A stretch of 64,000 bases of DNA from Gammaproteobacteria bacterium (GTDB lineage: Bacteria > Pseudomonadota > Gammaproteobacteria > UBA4575). A program made the translations under genes and the position numbers. The notes below the pieces were generated by a model. The model searched no databases, was not told the origin of the DNA, and saw only the letters and a program-made list of their open reading frames with translations. How positions within the stretch are numbered: position 1 is the first letter of the stretch; every line of letters begins with the position of its first letter. Shown here piece after piece: positions 31,175 through 40,960 of this stretch. The stretch is taken from positions 3,036-67,035 of the forward strand of contig JBGCDS010000027.1 of the NCBI GenBank assembly GCA_045105615.1, written 5' to 3'.

Positions 31175-31664
31175 ACCTAACCGCTATTATACAGTAGACC
31201 TGAGTACCTTTGGGTAAACTTACAGAAACCTCATCACCTATACGCCTTTTCATTAATGCACGCGCAAGCGGCGAATCCATACTGATATATTCTGGCGCAT
31301 CATCAAACTCATCAGGGCCAACAATTCGATACTCAGATTGCTCACCCTGCTCATCTTCAACCTCTACCCAAGCGCCAAAATAGACACATTCATCATCATC
31401 AGGTGCAGTATCAACAACGGTGATATCACCTAAGCGTTTTTGCAGATACCTGACGCGATAGTCAATTTCACGCAGCTGTTTTTTGCCATAGATATATTCA
31501 GCATTTTCGGAACGATCTCCTTGAGCAGCAGCCTCTTGCACATTACGTGTGATCTTGGGACGTTTGACTGTCCATAGGTAGTCATGCTCTTTTTGAAGCC
31601 GGTCTTTACCCGCCGCTGTAATGTATTTTGACTTTGGTGGCGCAGGAGGACGATATCGACCCAT
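31167..31664 (-). CDS. greB: transcription elongation factor GreB (with Pro-rich N-terminal extension)
   Basis: ...LGDRSENAEYIYGKKQLREIDYRVRYLQKRL matches GreA/GreB; basic patch favours GreB. Confidence 0.8.
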   Translation of the reverse strand: MGRYRPPAPPKSKYITAAGKDRLQKEHDYLWTVKRPKITRNVQEAAAQGDRSENAEYIYGKKQLREIDYRVRYLQKRLGDITVVDTAPDDDECVYFGAWVEVEDEQGEQSEYRIVGPDEFDDAPEYISMDSPLARALMKRRIGDEVSVSLPKGTQVYCIIAVRYA

Positions 31665-31667
31665 AAC

Positions 31668-31904
31668 CTACTCGTGTTTAGTCCAGCCATTAAGATCTTC
31701 TGGTGCACTATGCTCATCCAGCTGATCCCATACCACATACCCCGTACGTTTATTGTAGACAGAGCGGGCAGCGTCGTCGGGCGATTCAAAGGTTAATGTA
31801 GGCATTCCATCTACCCATAAATCCCACAACCCGTGAGGTTCTTGATGTATCTCAAATTTAGCGACATCTGTATCTAATGTATATTCCATTATTAGCACTT
31901 TCAT
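31668..31904 (-). CDS. hypothetical acidic small protein co-transcribed upstream of greB
   Basis: 78 aa; 3-nt gap to greB start. Confidence 0.4.
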   Translation of the reverse strand: MKVLIMEYTLDTDVAKFEIHQEPHGLWDLWVDGMPTLTFESPDDAARSVYNKRTGYVVWDQLDEHSAPEDLNGWTKHE

Positions 31905-31951
31905 GAGAGTTTTATATACTAATAATATGTGGGCTTAAGGAGCAATATACA

Positions 31952-32299
31952 ATGTGCAAAGCAAAATTTGTTTTTCATGGGATATTCTCTGATGTTGTTG
32001 ATTCCAGCAACACATCCAAACAGATTACTCGAGTGCTATTTGATGTTGAGTTCAAAAAACAATTTCATTCTCATTTGATGGCTGATGTTGAACTAATCAA
32101 AGAAGATGGTGAATTTGAAGTTCGCAGCCAACTCCCATTCACTTGCAAGCAATTTGCAGCCGCAGCAATACAGTATTATCAATATGCACTAGGTCCACAG
32201 GCAGCCAAAATCAGCCATAGCGGCCCCAAAGGCGCCAGCATCGCAACAAATAATGTGATTCGTGCGCAATGGCACACGGAGCTAGAAGCAGAAGATTAA
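31952..32299 (+). CDS. hypothetical protein
   Basis: 115 aa ORF, no recognised domain. Confidence 0.35.
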   Translation: MCKAKFVFHGIFSDVVDSSNTSKQITRVLFDVEFKKQFHSHLMADVELIKEDGEFEVRSQLPFTCKQFAAAAIQYYQYALGPQAAKISHSGPKGASIATNNVIRAQWHTELEAED

Positions 32300-32309
32300 A
32301 ACCCCGACA

Positions 32310-32993
32310 TCAAACAAACTGAAGTGGATCTGACAAATAGCTCACCACTTCATATAACTGATGACCACTTTGCTTATATTTTCTTTCGAATGGAGTGAAG
32401 GTTGTTTCAACATCAAGCATTAATTCCTCTACAGCCACCTTCTTCGAACCAACCATTTCTAATGCCTGTGCAAACTCTTGCGCATACACTTCCCAATTAG
32501 TGCGCATCGTCAATATGCCTCCCAGCGACATCATAGTTGGAAAGATTGGATGCCCATGCCACCGACGCTGCAAATGCCCTGGTTTTGGCCATGGGTTTGG
32601 ATAAAATAAATAATGCCTTTCAACATCCCACCCTGCTTGCTTAATCAGGCGCCATAAGTGCACACAGTCACTTTGCAGCAATAATAAATTACTCGGTTGA
32701 TCGCCATTTGCATGACTTCGTTGCAGACGTTCAATTGATTTATCTACACCGACAACCCTATGTTGCGGAAACATTTCAGCTAAACGATAACTACTCTCAC
32801 CGGTACCACAACCACTGTCCAATATCACTTTATTCGACGACACAAACCGATTGGCAATTTCAAATGCATTTACTGCGTGCATAGGTATAGACTCTTGGAA
32901 CACAGAATTTTGATACTTCAGCACTAGCTTAGCCAAATTTTTATGCGGCGATGTTTGACTACTAACAATTAATGGTGATTTAGCGATACCCAT
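32310..32993 (-). CDS. trmB: tRNA (guanine46-N7)-methyltransferase TrmB-like
   Basis: LDSGCGTGESS SAM motif; YPNPWPKPGHLQRRW and FTPFERKYKQSGHQLYEV align to TrmB FPDPWHKARHNKRR / TKFEQRGHRLGHG. Confidence 0.7.
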   Translation of the reverse strand: MGIAKSPLIVSSQTSPHKNLAKLVLKYQNSVFQESIPMHAVNAFEIANRFVSSNKVILDSGCGTGESSYRLAEMFPQHRVVGVDKSIERLQRSHANGDQPSNLLLLQSDCVHLWRLIKQAGWDVERHYLFYPNPWPKPGHLQRRWHGHPIFPTMMSLGGILTMRTNWEVYAQEFAQALEMVGSKKVAVEELMLDVETTFTPFERKYKQSGHQLYEVVSYLSDPLQFV

Positions 32994-33013
32994 AACCTGA
33001 CACTATAAATTAA

Positions 33014-35080
33014 ATGAAAGCACCTATTGCAAAAAAAATATCCCACGAAATCACCATGCATGGTGACACAAGAAACGACCAATACGCATGGTTACGCGAC
33101 CCCGACTGGCAACAGGTCATGCGTGATCCTAATATATTGCGGGAAGACATACGCGACTATCTAGAGCAAGAGAATGCATTCACTAAAGACTGGATGCAAG
33201 ACACCGAGCAATTACAAACATCTCTTTTTGAAGAAATGAAAGCACGCATCAAAGAAGATGATTCATCTGTACCCAGCAAAGATGGCATTTATCATTATTA
33301 TGACCGTTACGATATCGGCGCAGAACATTCTTTATATTGCCGCTACCAACAACCTGGGGAAGAACAAATACTGTTAGATGCGAACACACTCTCCAAACAG
33401 TATGATTACTTCGATATAGGGGAATGCGAACATAGCCCCAACCACCGCTATTTAGCTTACTGCATAGACACTAAAGGTTCAGAGTTTTACACTCTGTATA
33501 TTCTAGACTTAAACAATGGAGAATATTTAGCAGAATCGATAAACAATATCCAAGGTAACTTCGTATGGGCCATGGATAGCGAAACACTTTTTTACACTAC
33601 GCTAGATTCCAATCATCGCCCTGACAAAGTATTTCGTCATACTTTAAACACCTCTCCACAACAAGACGAGTTGGTTTATCAAGAAACTGATTCTGGATTC
33701 TTTGTTGGCTTAGACAGAACAGAATCGAATCGCTTTATTTTAATTTCTGTTCACGACCACACCACCAGCGAACTTCACTATCTAGACGCTTATCAACCAC
33801 GGCAAAACTTCACCCTCTTCCAAGCACGTTGCACAGATATTGAATACTCCATAACTGACCATAATGATACTTGGTACATCACTACCAATGCAGATGATTG
33901 CGCAGATTACAAAATAATGTGCGCCCCATTAGAGAACACAAACCGTGAGCACTGGAAAGATTTTTATTTGCCTGCCAAAGGAACACTATTAAGAGGCATC
34001 TATATGTTCCAAGCATACCTGGTCCGTTACGAGCGTAGCCAAGGACTGCCAAAAATTATTATTGCTCCTTTAGACGCCGACACATCTGAATACGCAATCG
34101 AATTTGATGAAGAAGCTTATGAATTGGGTATAGACCCCGGACTGGAATTTGATACCACTCTAGTGCGCTTCTCGTATACATCGATGACCACACCCAGCCA
34201 AGTGTTTGATTTCGACATGCAACAACGCACGCGTGAACTACGCAAAGAACAACAGGTTCCATCAGGACATAATGCCAACGATTATGTTACCAAACGCATT
34301 TTTGCTCGCGCACAGGATGGCACAAACATCCCTATTTCATTACTTTATAAACACGACACTATGATTGATGGCAGTGCACCCTTACTTCTTTATGGATACG
34401 GATCTTATGGCAGCAGCATGCCAGCAAGTTTTTCTACCAGCAGATTCAGCTTAGTCAATCGTGGTTATGTGTATGCGATTGCACATATACGTGGCGGCAT
34501 GGAATTAGGTTATGCCTGGTACACCGATGGCAAGCTTAAAAACAAGAAAAATACTTTCACTGACTTTATCGCTGCAGGGCAATATTTAGTAAAGAACAAA
34601 TACACCTGTCACGGTAATATTACTGTGCATGGCGGTTCAGCAGGCGGCATGTTAATTGGTGCAGTGATAAATCTTCAACCCGACTTATTTCACTCCGCTA
34701 TCGCAGACGTTCCTTTTGTCGATGTGTTAAACACTATGAGCGATGATAGCCTGCCTCTAACGCCACCAGAATGGCCAGAATGGGGAAACCCCATTACTCA
34801 TACTGAGGACTACCATTACATCAAAAGTTATTCACCCTATGACAACATTCAATCTCAGCCATATCCGCATCTATTAATTACCGCCGGCCTAACAGACCCT
34901 CGTGTGACTTACTGGGAACCTGCCAAATGGGCAGCGAGACTACGCGAGCTAAAAACTGATAACAATGTAGTGCTATTGAAGACTAATATGGATTCAGGGC
35001 ACGCTGGTGCATCTGGCAGATTTGACAGCCTAAAAGAGGTCGCCTTGATGTACGCATTTGTATTAAAATTGCGCAAATAG
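33014..35080 (+). CDS. ptrB: oligopeptidase B (S9 prolyl-oligopeptidase family)
   Basis: 688 aa; beta-propeller N-domain; GGSAGGMLIG catalytic Ser motif. Confidence 0.85.
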   Translation: MKAPIAKKISHEITMHGDTRNDQYAWLRDPDWQQVMRDPNILREDIRDYLEQENAFTKDWMQDTEQLQTSLFEEMKARIKEDDSSVPSKDGIYHYYDRYDIGAEHSLYCRYQQPGEEQILLDANTLSKQYDYFDIGECEHSPNHRYLAYCIDTKGSEFYTLYILDLNNGEYLAESINNIQGNFVWAMDSETLFYTTLDSNHRPDKVFRHTLNTSPQQDELVYQETDSGFFVGLDRTESNRFILISVHDHTTSELHYLDAYQPRQNFTLFQARCTDIEYSITDHNDTWYITTNADDCADYKIMCAPLENTNREHWKDFYLPAKGTLLRGIYMFQAYLVRYERSQGLPKIIIAPLDADTSEYAIEFDEEAYELGIDPGLEFDTTLVRFSYTSMTTPSQVFDFDMQQRTRELRKEQQVPSGHNANDYVTKRIFARAQDGTNIPISLLYKHDTMIDGSAPLLLYGYGSYGSSMPASFSTSRFSLVNRGYVYAIAHIRGGMELGYAWYTDGKLKNKKNTFTDFIAAGQYLVKNKYTCHGNITVHGGSAGGMLIGAVINLQPDLFHSAIADVPFVDVLNTMSDDSLPLTPPEWPEWGNPITHTEDYHYIKSYSPYDNIQSQPYPHLLITAGLTDPRVTYWEPAKWAARLRELKTDNNVVLLKTNMDSGHAGASGRFDSLKEVALMYAFVLKLRK

Positions 35081-35309
35081 ACGTTTTTTTCACCTCTTCA
35101 AAAATGAAAATATTGCTCGAATTTAGAGAAATAGTATAACTTACTGTTTTATATAATATTTACTGGTTATCGCTATTTTGTACAAAGCACGCTATTTGAG
35201 AAATTTATACTAGACAAGAGCCGTTAGATGTCTAAAATGACCAATCTTTTTTAGCGAACACTAATATAACTATAATTCGCAGAAGTCCAAGGAACGAAAG
35301 GGAATCTCA

Positions 35310-35525
35310 ATGACGAATGAAAACCTCATCAAACGTGATGAAGACACAGGCTACATAATCGCCTGGAAGCATAAGTATGACTTTCAAACTGGCAAGTTCG
35401 ACGAGCAAATGACATACGGCGAAGCATGTAAAAAATGTGAAGAGTTAATCGCAGGTGATGCAGAAAAGACTTATTGGCCACATAAAGTTAAGCCAGCACC
35501 TGAGTGGCATATTCTTTATAGTTAA
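35310..35525 (+). CDS. hypothetical small protein (71 aa) after 230-bp leader
   Basis: ORF with RBS-like GGAACGAAAGGGAA upstream. Confidence 0.35.
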   Translation: MTNENLIKRDEDTGYIIAWKHKYDFQTGKFDEQMTYGEACKKCEELIAGDAEKTYWPHKVKPAPEWHILYS

Positions 35526-35530
35526 TCTAC

Positions 35531-36196
35531 TTACGGAGACAGTCTTTCAATAGTCCAGTCTCCGTTAGCCCCTCTGTTATATTTCAACCGGTCATGTAGT
35601 CGACTTGGTCTACCTTGCCAGAACTCAATGGCCGTGGGTATTACACGATAACCTCCCCAAAAGCCTGGTCTAGGAATCACAACTAAATCTTTATACTGCT
35701 CCTCTACCGCGTCAACCTGCTCGCGAAGCTCTTTATATGTAGTCATAACAGCGCTTTGCTTTGAAGCAATAGCACCTAGCTGACTGCCTCGTGGGCGAGA
35801 ATGAAAGTAAGCATCACTTTCCTCATCGCTGACCTTCTCAATTCTCCCCTCAATACGCACTTGTCTTTCTAATACGCCCCACCAAAAACACAAAGCAACG
35901 TCAGAACAGCTAGACATATCCTTTGCTTTGCGACTATCGTAATTGGTATAAAAAACAAACCCACGTTCATCAACGCTTTTAAGCAACACCATTCGCGATG
36001 ACAACCCATCCTGCTGAGAATAGGTAGCCAAATTCATTGCTGTTGGCTCGGGCATATCAGTATTCACTGCTTGATCCAACCATCTTTTAAATTGTTCTAT
36101 TGGATTTTCATCAAGCTCTGACATAATTAACTTCCCTACTTTATAATCTTTTCTTTGTTGCAAAATGTTATCTTTATTATCCACAAGTTCTCTCAA
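35531..36196 (-). CDS. pdxH: pyridoxamine 5'-phosphate oxidase
   Basis: C-terminal IEFWQGRPSRLHDRLKY signature. Confidence 0.9.
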   Translation of the reverse strand: MRELVDNKDNILQQRKDYKVGKLIMSELDENPIEQFKRWLDQAVNTDMPEPTAMNLATYSQQDGLSSRMVLLKSVDERGFVFYTNYDSRKAKDMSSCSDVALCFWWGVLERQVRIEGRIEKVSDEESDAYFHSRPRGSQLGAIASKQSAVMTTYKELREQVDAVEEQYKDLVVIPRPGFWGGYRVIPTAIEFWQGRPSRLHDRLKYNRGANGDWTIERLSP

Positions 36197-36204
36197 GCTA
36201 TCGC

Positions 36205-36426
36205 ATGGGCTCTATCACAGTTACCTTATCAATTAGCACACAAGAATTTGAGCGATTATATCGAGGTCAAGTCCGTGATGTGATTTGCACTGCAACCGAC
36301 GGTCGCACTGTTCAGTTCCCAGCTAATGTACTCAGACAGTTTCTAACCCACAACGGCGTGCATGGTGAGTTCGAGATATTTTTTACTAGCGACAATCGAT
36401 TCTCTAAAATTAAAAAATCGAAATAA
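36205..36426 (+). CDS. DUF2835-family small protein
   Basis: 73 aa; EFERLYRGQV...DGRTVQFPANVLRQFLTHNGVHGEFEIFF. Confidence 0.55.
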   Translation: MGSITVTLSISTQEFERLYRGQVRDVICTATDGRTVQFPANVLRQFLTHNGVHGEFEIFFTSDNRFSKIKKSK

Positions 36427-36457
36427 AAAACAATCTCGACTTATGCAGCAAAGACTA

Positions 36458-36829
36458 TCATTTATTGATCTTACACACCTGATTTTTCTTATATCGCCAG
36501 TCAGCAAAACGCTTATAGAAAAAATCCAATAAAGCAATCAGCTTGAATTTAGTCACGACAAATCCAAGCACTCTATAATACTTCAGAGAATTCCATATCA
36601 ATGCAAAAGCAGCTGCACCTGTAACGATAGTGCCATCACTATGTACCGCATGAATCCGCCTAAGTAATGTTTCTTTACTGAACCCATAATGTTGAATATC
36701 ATCCCATGACGAATTAATACCCAGCCAATGAATATCATGTAATGGCTTTAATTTTTTATAATGCTCAATTTCGGCATCACAAAGTGGGCATGCATCATCA
36801 TAAAATACAATATGCGGGTTTGTACTCAA
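36458..36829 (-). CDS. thiol-disulfide oxidoreductase DCC family (DUF393)
   Basis: VFYDDACPLCDAEIEHY motif. Confidence 0.7.
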   Translation of the reverse strand: MSTNPHIVFYDDACPLCDAEIEHYKKLKPLHDIHWLGINSSWDDIQHYGFSKETLLRRIHAVHSDGTIVTGAAAFALIWNSLKYYRVLGFVVTKFKLIALLDFFYKRFADWRYKKNQVCKINK

Positions 36830-36846
36830 TTCAAATCATCCTTAAT

Positions 36847-37857
36847 TTATAAATCTAGTGTTACTCGAAGACCAGACTTATTTTCTACAAGTTGAATATT
36901 TGCGTCATGCAATTCCAATACAGCGCTGACCAAACTCAAACCTAAACCAGCACCCTGCTGTGACTGTTGACTTGGGTCGCGATAAAATCGCTCAAATACT
37001 TTGTGCCTAGATTCTAGAGGTATTCCAGGGCCGTTGTCATCAATATGTACTTTACACCCCCGCTTATAGGGCTCCATTTTAACATTGATCACACCACCCT
37101 CAGAGGTGAATTTAATCGCGTTATCCAGCAAATTAGCGATCACTTGAAACATTAGATCTCGATCACCAATATAAGATGCCGGCTGCGTTTTTATCGTTAT
37201 GCACTGGCTTTTTTCTTGTGCAAGCGGGTCATATAACCCTACTGCATCTTCAATCAGTTTTTGCAAATCAAACTCAACAAACTTAAGGGGTTGACGGCCC
37301 GACTCAATACTAGAAAGACTAAGCAGCGAATTGAACGTCTTAAGCAAACCATCGACTTCAGTCACAAGCTGCTCATCCTGCTGAGCGTCCAATTTATTTC
37401 TCAATCGCGCCAAGGGTGTACGCAAATCATGCGCGATAGTATCAGTTATATGTTGCACACCAGACATTAGCTTTTCTATCTTGTCTAACATACTGTTCAA
37501 CACCTGGGACAAAAAACTCAAATCATCCCAGCGAGAATCTACCTTCAAGCGCTTTGTTAAATCGCCCGTCGACATAATTTCATCCGCAGTATCTGCGATA
37601 CGGTTAATTCGCGTCACAACAAAAATACTAATAAGGTAGCCAGCAATCACTAACATTAACAACGGCACGACACCAGCAATAATTAATACCACTACAACAT
37701 TTTGAGAATCATCACTAGTAGACTGCAAATAGAAATACAACGCAGCACTCAAACAAGCCGTTGAAAACAATAACAACAACAAGAATAAATTAGCCACCTT
37801 AAAACTCGAGCTCTTCTTATACTCTCTAGCAATCTTCAATGATGTATCCTGAACCAC
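36847..37857 (-). CDS. sensor histidine kinase (two TM, HisKA HDLRTPLARL, HATPase_c)
   Basis: 336 aa; H-box and G-boxes (DNGPGIP); overlaps RR gene. Confidence 0.85.
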   Translation of the reverse strand: MVQDTSLKIAREYKKSSSFKVANLFLLLLLFSTACLSAALYFYLQSTSDDSQNVVVVLIIAGVVPLLMLVIAGYLISIFVVTRINRIADTADEIMSTGDLTKRLKVDSRWDDLSFLSQVLNSMLDKIEKLMSGVQHITDTIAHDLRTPLARLRNKLDAQQDEQLVTEVDGLLKTFNSLLSLSSIESGRQPLKFVEFDLQKLIEDAVGLYDPLAQEKSQCITIKTQPASYIGDRDLMFQVIANLLDNAIKFTSEGGVINVKMEPYKRGCKVHIDDNGPGIPLESRHKVFERFYRDPSQQSQQGAGLGLSLVSAVLELHDANIQLVENKSGLRVTLDL

Positions 37858-38503
37858 GCTTGGTTTTAATTAAGTACTGAGGATCATCCTGGTCGATTTT
37901 ATGCCTAAGCCTGCTAACATGAACGTCAATCACATTGGTTTGCGGATCAAAATGGTAATCCCAAACATACTCAAGCAACATAGTGCGAGTAACAACCTGT
38001 CCTTTATTACGCAGCAAATACTCTAGCAATCTAAACTCGGTAGCCTGCAAAACAATTTCTTTATTACCGCGATTTGCTTCCCTCTTAAGCAAATCTAATT
38101 CTACATCACGCGCATGCAGCACTGTTTCAGATTCAGCTGCATGCTGGTTTCTTCGATACAACGCTTCTATTCGTGCAGTTAACTCAGAAAATGCAAATGG
38201 CTTCACGAGATAATCATCACCGCCTGACCGCAGACCTTTTACCCGGTCATCCACCTCTCCTAACGCACTAAAAATAAGTATTGGTGTTAAGTTGCCAGCA
38301 CCACGCAGTGTTTTTGTAATAGTTAGACCGTCCACCTCAGGCAACATACGATCAATCAGCATTACATCGTATTGCTCAGTTGTTGCCAGAAACAGACCAT
38401 CTCTACCATTCACAGTCACGTCAACGACGTGGCCATCCTCTGTCAAACCTTTCTGCAGGTAATCCAGTAATTCCTGATCATCTTCGATACATAATATTCG
38501 CAT
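37826..38503 (-). CDS. OmpR/PhoB-family response regulator
   Basis: REC domain (ILCIEDD...DRMLP) + winged-helix (VSRLRHKID...IKTKRGSGY). Confidence 0.9.
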   Translation of the reverse strand: MRILCIEDDQELLDYLQKGLTEDGHVVDVTVNGRDGLFLATTEQYDVMLIDRMLPEVDGLTITKTLRGAGNLTPILIFSALGEVDDRVKGLRSGGDDYLVKPFAFSELTARIEALYRRNQHAAESETVLHARDVELDLLKREANRGNKEIVLQATEFRLLEYLLRNKGQVVTRTMLLEYVWDYHFDPQTNVIDVHVSRLRHKIDQDDPQYLIKTKRGSGYIIEDC

Positions 38504-38582
38504 AACAGTGAGGCAGTTTATAGCAAGCCAGAATTTTATTCGATATCACCAATAATAGTGAATATGCCCATAGCTCAACATA

Positions 38583-38614
38583 AACCCAACATTAAATATA
38601 TTTAATGTTGGGTT
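38583..38614. promoter_or_regulatory. 32-bp perfect palindrome between response-regulator gene and cfa-like cluster
   Basis: aacccaacattaaatatatttaatgttgggtt is its own reverse complement. Confidence 0.6.
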
Positions 38615-38674
38615 CACTCAATATTTATCCTGAGCGTGAGACGATGTGCCAACATCACAGCAACAGAGTTGGAG

Positions 38675-39229
38675 ATGAATAAATTTGATTTATTGTTTTT
38701 GGTATTCATGCTTTGCTTTGCTAACAACAGCATTGCCGAGAAAGAAATAGTGGGTGAGTTACCCGAAATAGTTTCCAATCAATGGAACGTAACTGAAAAA
38801 AAAGGCGATACACGATTCAAAAAATTAGGCCTGCATATTTACGATGCTTCTTTATGGTCACTTGCTGATAGCAAAACACTAGAGCATTCTACTAACGCAA
38901 CTGCTTTATCGATAATTTATGCACGAAACATTAAAGCGCATCGATTATTGTCCAGTACACATAAAGAATGGAAACATCTTGGATTTGCACATCAGCACCC
39001 ATTAGATGCATGGTTAGATGCACTAGAAAATATATGGCCCGATATCAAGGATGGTGATTATCTAGTTTTTGTCAACTACCACGATGGTAACAACGCATTT
39101 TATTCTGGCACCAAGCTTCTTGGCAGCATCAATGATTCGACATTTGGCTCGGCCTTCTTGGATATTTGGCTAAACAAAAACGCCCGATATCAAAAACATA
39201 GAAAGGAGTTAATCGGTGAGAAAATATGA
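38675..39229 (+). CDS. chalcone-isomerase-like family exported protein
   Basis: start at MNKFDLL (signal peptide); family commonly found in cfa/DUF1365 clusters; ORF-track start 38636 judged extension. Confidence 0.5.
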   Translation: MNKFDLLFLVFMLCFANNSIAEKEIVGELPEIVSNQWNVTEKKGDTRFKKLGLHIYDASLWSLADSKTLEHSTNATALSIIYARNIKAHRLLSSTHKEWKHLGFAHQHPLDAWLDALENIWPDIKDGDYLVFVNYHDGNNAFYSGTKLLGSINDSTFGSAFLDIWLNKNARYQKHRKELIGEKI

Positions 39230-39767
39230 TTTTCGACTAATATTATTAGCCATTGCTCTCAGCGTCTCGTTATCCGCCTGTAGCACCACACTTGACGAAT
39301 ACGAGAACACAGCACCAGAATTCGATTTGCAGCAGTTCTTCACTGGAGAACTAAAAGGCTGGGGTCTAGTTAAAGACTGGCAAGGCAAGGTCACTCAACG
39401 TTTTAGTGTAGCGCTTGATGGAAAGTGGGAGCAAAACAAAGGCACTCTTTATGAATTATTCACCTATTCAGACGGCAGATCCCAAGAGCGCATCTGGCAA
39501 TTAGAAAAACTCAAAGATGGTAAAAGCCTCGGCCGAGCTAATGATGTGGTTGGAGACGCCAATGGAAAACAAGAGGGTTTTGCTTTCAACTGGTCCTACC
39601 AATTATTAGTAGATACTAAAAATGGCCCCATAGCAGTGAATTTAAACGACTGGATTTATCAAATAGACAGTCATGCGCTTGTTAGTGAAGCTCAGATTAA
39701 AAAATTCGGCTTCAATGTTGGTGAAGTACTCGTTTTCATCGTCAAACAGGATCAAAAAAATGGATGA
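39216..39767 (+). CDS. DUF3833-family lipoprotein
   Basis: lipobox LSAC; FFTGELKGWGLVKDWQGKV... Confidence 0.6.
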   Translation: MRKYDFRLILLAIALSVSLSACSTTLDEYENTAPEFDLQQFFTGELKGWGLVKDWQGKVTQRFSVALDGKWEQNKGTLYELFTYSDGRSQERIWQLEKLKDGKSLGRANDVVGDANGKQEGFAFNWSYQLLVDTKNGPIAVNLNDWIYQIDSHALVSEAQIKKFGFNVGEVLVFIVKQDQKNG

Positions 39768-40185
39768 CAAACTCATCACAAGCTTCGTAGATGACATGAA
39801 CTCACTATCAAAAAACAATATCAGTGAAGTATTAGAAAAAGTCTATACCGACGAAATTGAATTCATTGATCCCGTCAAAGGCATCCATGGCTTGGACGAC
39901 CTTACTAGCTACTTTGCAGGCTTATACAAAAGCGTAGATCATTGCCACTTTACTATTAACAACTACATTCCCCACGGAGATCTACACTCTATAGAATGGA
40001 AAATGAAACTCAAGCATCAAAAGTTAGCAAAAAATAAAGAAATCACTTTAGATGGTGCATCATTTATTCGCTTTAAAGACAACAAAGTATGCTATCACCG
40101 CGATTACTATGACCTTGGCGCATTGATATACGAAAGAATTCCTATTTTAGGCTCAGCAGTAAGGATGGTGCGTAATGCTTTCTAA
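39760..40185 (+). CDS. SnoaL/NTF2-like fold protein
   Basis: start at MDDKL overlapping upstream stop; ~140 aa NTF2-like. Confidence 0.5.
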   Translation: MDDKLITSFVDDMNSLSKNNISEVLEKVYTDEIEFIDPVKGIHGLDDLTSYFAGLYKSVDHCHFTINNYIPHGDLHSIEWKMKLKHQKLAKNKEITLDGASFIRFKDNKVCYHRDYYDLGALIYERIPILGSAVRMVRNAF

Positions 40186-40960
40186 CAAAGTCATTAATTA
40201 TTTCGATGACAAGGTTATTTGGATTACTGGCGCCTCATCAGGCATAGGTCGCGCATTAACGATCAGCTTATCCAGCATAGACTGCGAGATTTATATCTCA
40301 TCACGTTCACAGGCTAAGTTACAGGAAACAAAATCATTGTGTGAAAACCAAAATAACATTCACATCTTAGAAGGAGATCTAACTGAAAAGGCATGCAATC
40401 AATCAATCAGCGAAAGCATTAAAAACAAAAATGGTCATTTAGATATTGCAATTTTAAACGCAGGCACATGTGAATATGTTGATATAGACCAATTTGATAG
40501 CGCACTTTTCCAGCGCGTCATTAATAGCAACTACATGAGCATTATCTATGGCATAGAAGCTACTCTACCACTCCTCAAACAGTCTAATAATGCACATCTA
40601 GTCGGCATGAGTAGTACAGCCGCTTATTTAGGCCTACCTCGCTCAGAAGCATATGGTGCAAGTAAAGCAGCAATTCTTAATTTATTCAGGGCGTTAAAAG
40701 TTAGCATGATTCCATACAATATTGAGGTATCTACAATATGCCCTGGGTTCGTTAAAACAGAACTTACAGATAAAAATAACTTCCCGATGCCATGCTTAAT
40801 CGGCTCGAATCAAGCTTCTGAAGAAATATTAAAAGGCATTGCTAGCAAAAAGCATGAGATCCACTTCCCCAAGAGATTTAGCTACGCATTAAAGGCTATC
40901 TCATTTTTACCTGATTTCATTCAATTCAGACTATTAAGTAAAACAATACAGAAATCATGA
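40175..40960 (+). CDS. short-chain dehydrogenase/reductase (SDR)
   Basis: TGASSGIGRA Rossmann motif; YGASKAA catalytic motif. Confidence 0.8.
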   Translation: MLSNKVINYFDDKVIWITGASSGIGRALTISLSSIDCEIYISSRSQAKLQETKSLCENQNNIHILEGDLTEKACNQSISESIKNKNGHLDIAILNAGTCEYVDIDQFDSALFQRVINSNYMSIIYGIEATLPLLKQSNNAHLVGMSSTAAYLGLPRSEAYGASKAAILNLFRALKVSMIPYNIEVSTICPGFVKTELTDKNNFPMPCLIGSNQASEEILKGIASKKHEIHFPKRFSYALKAISFLPDFIQFRLLSKTIQKS

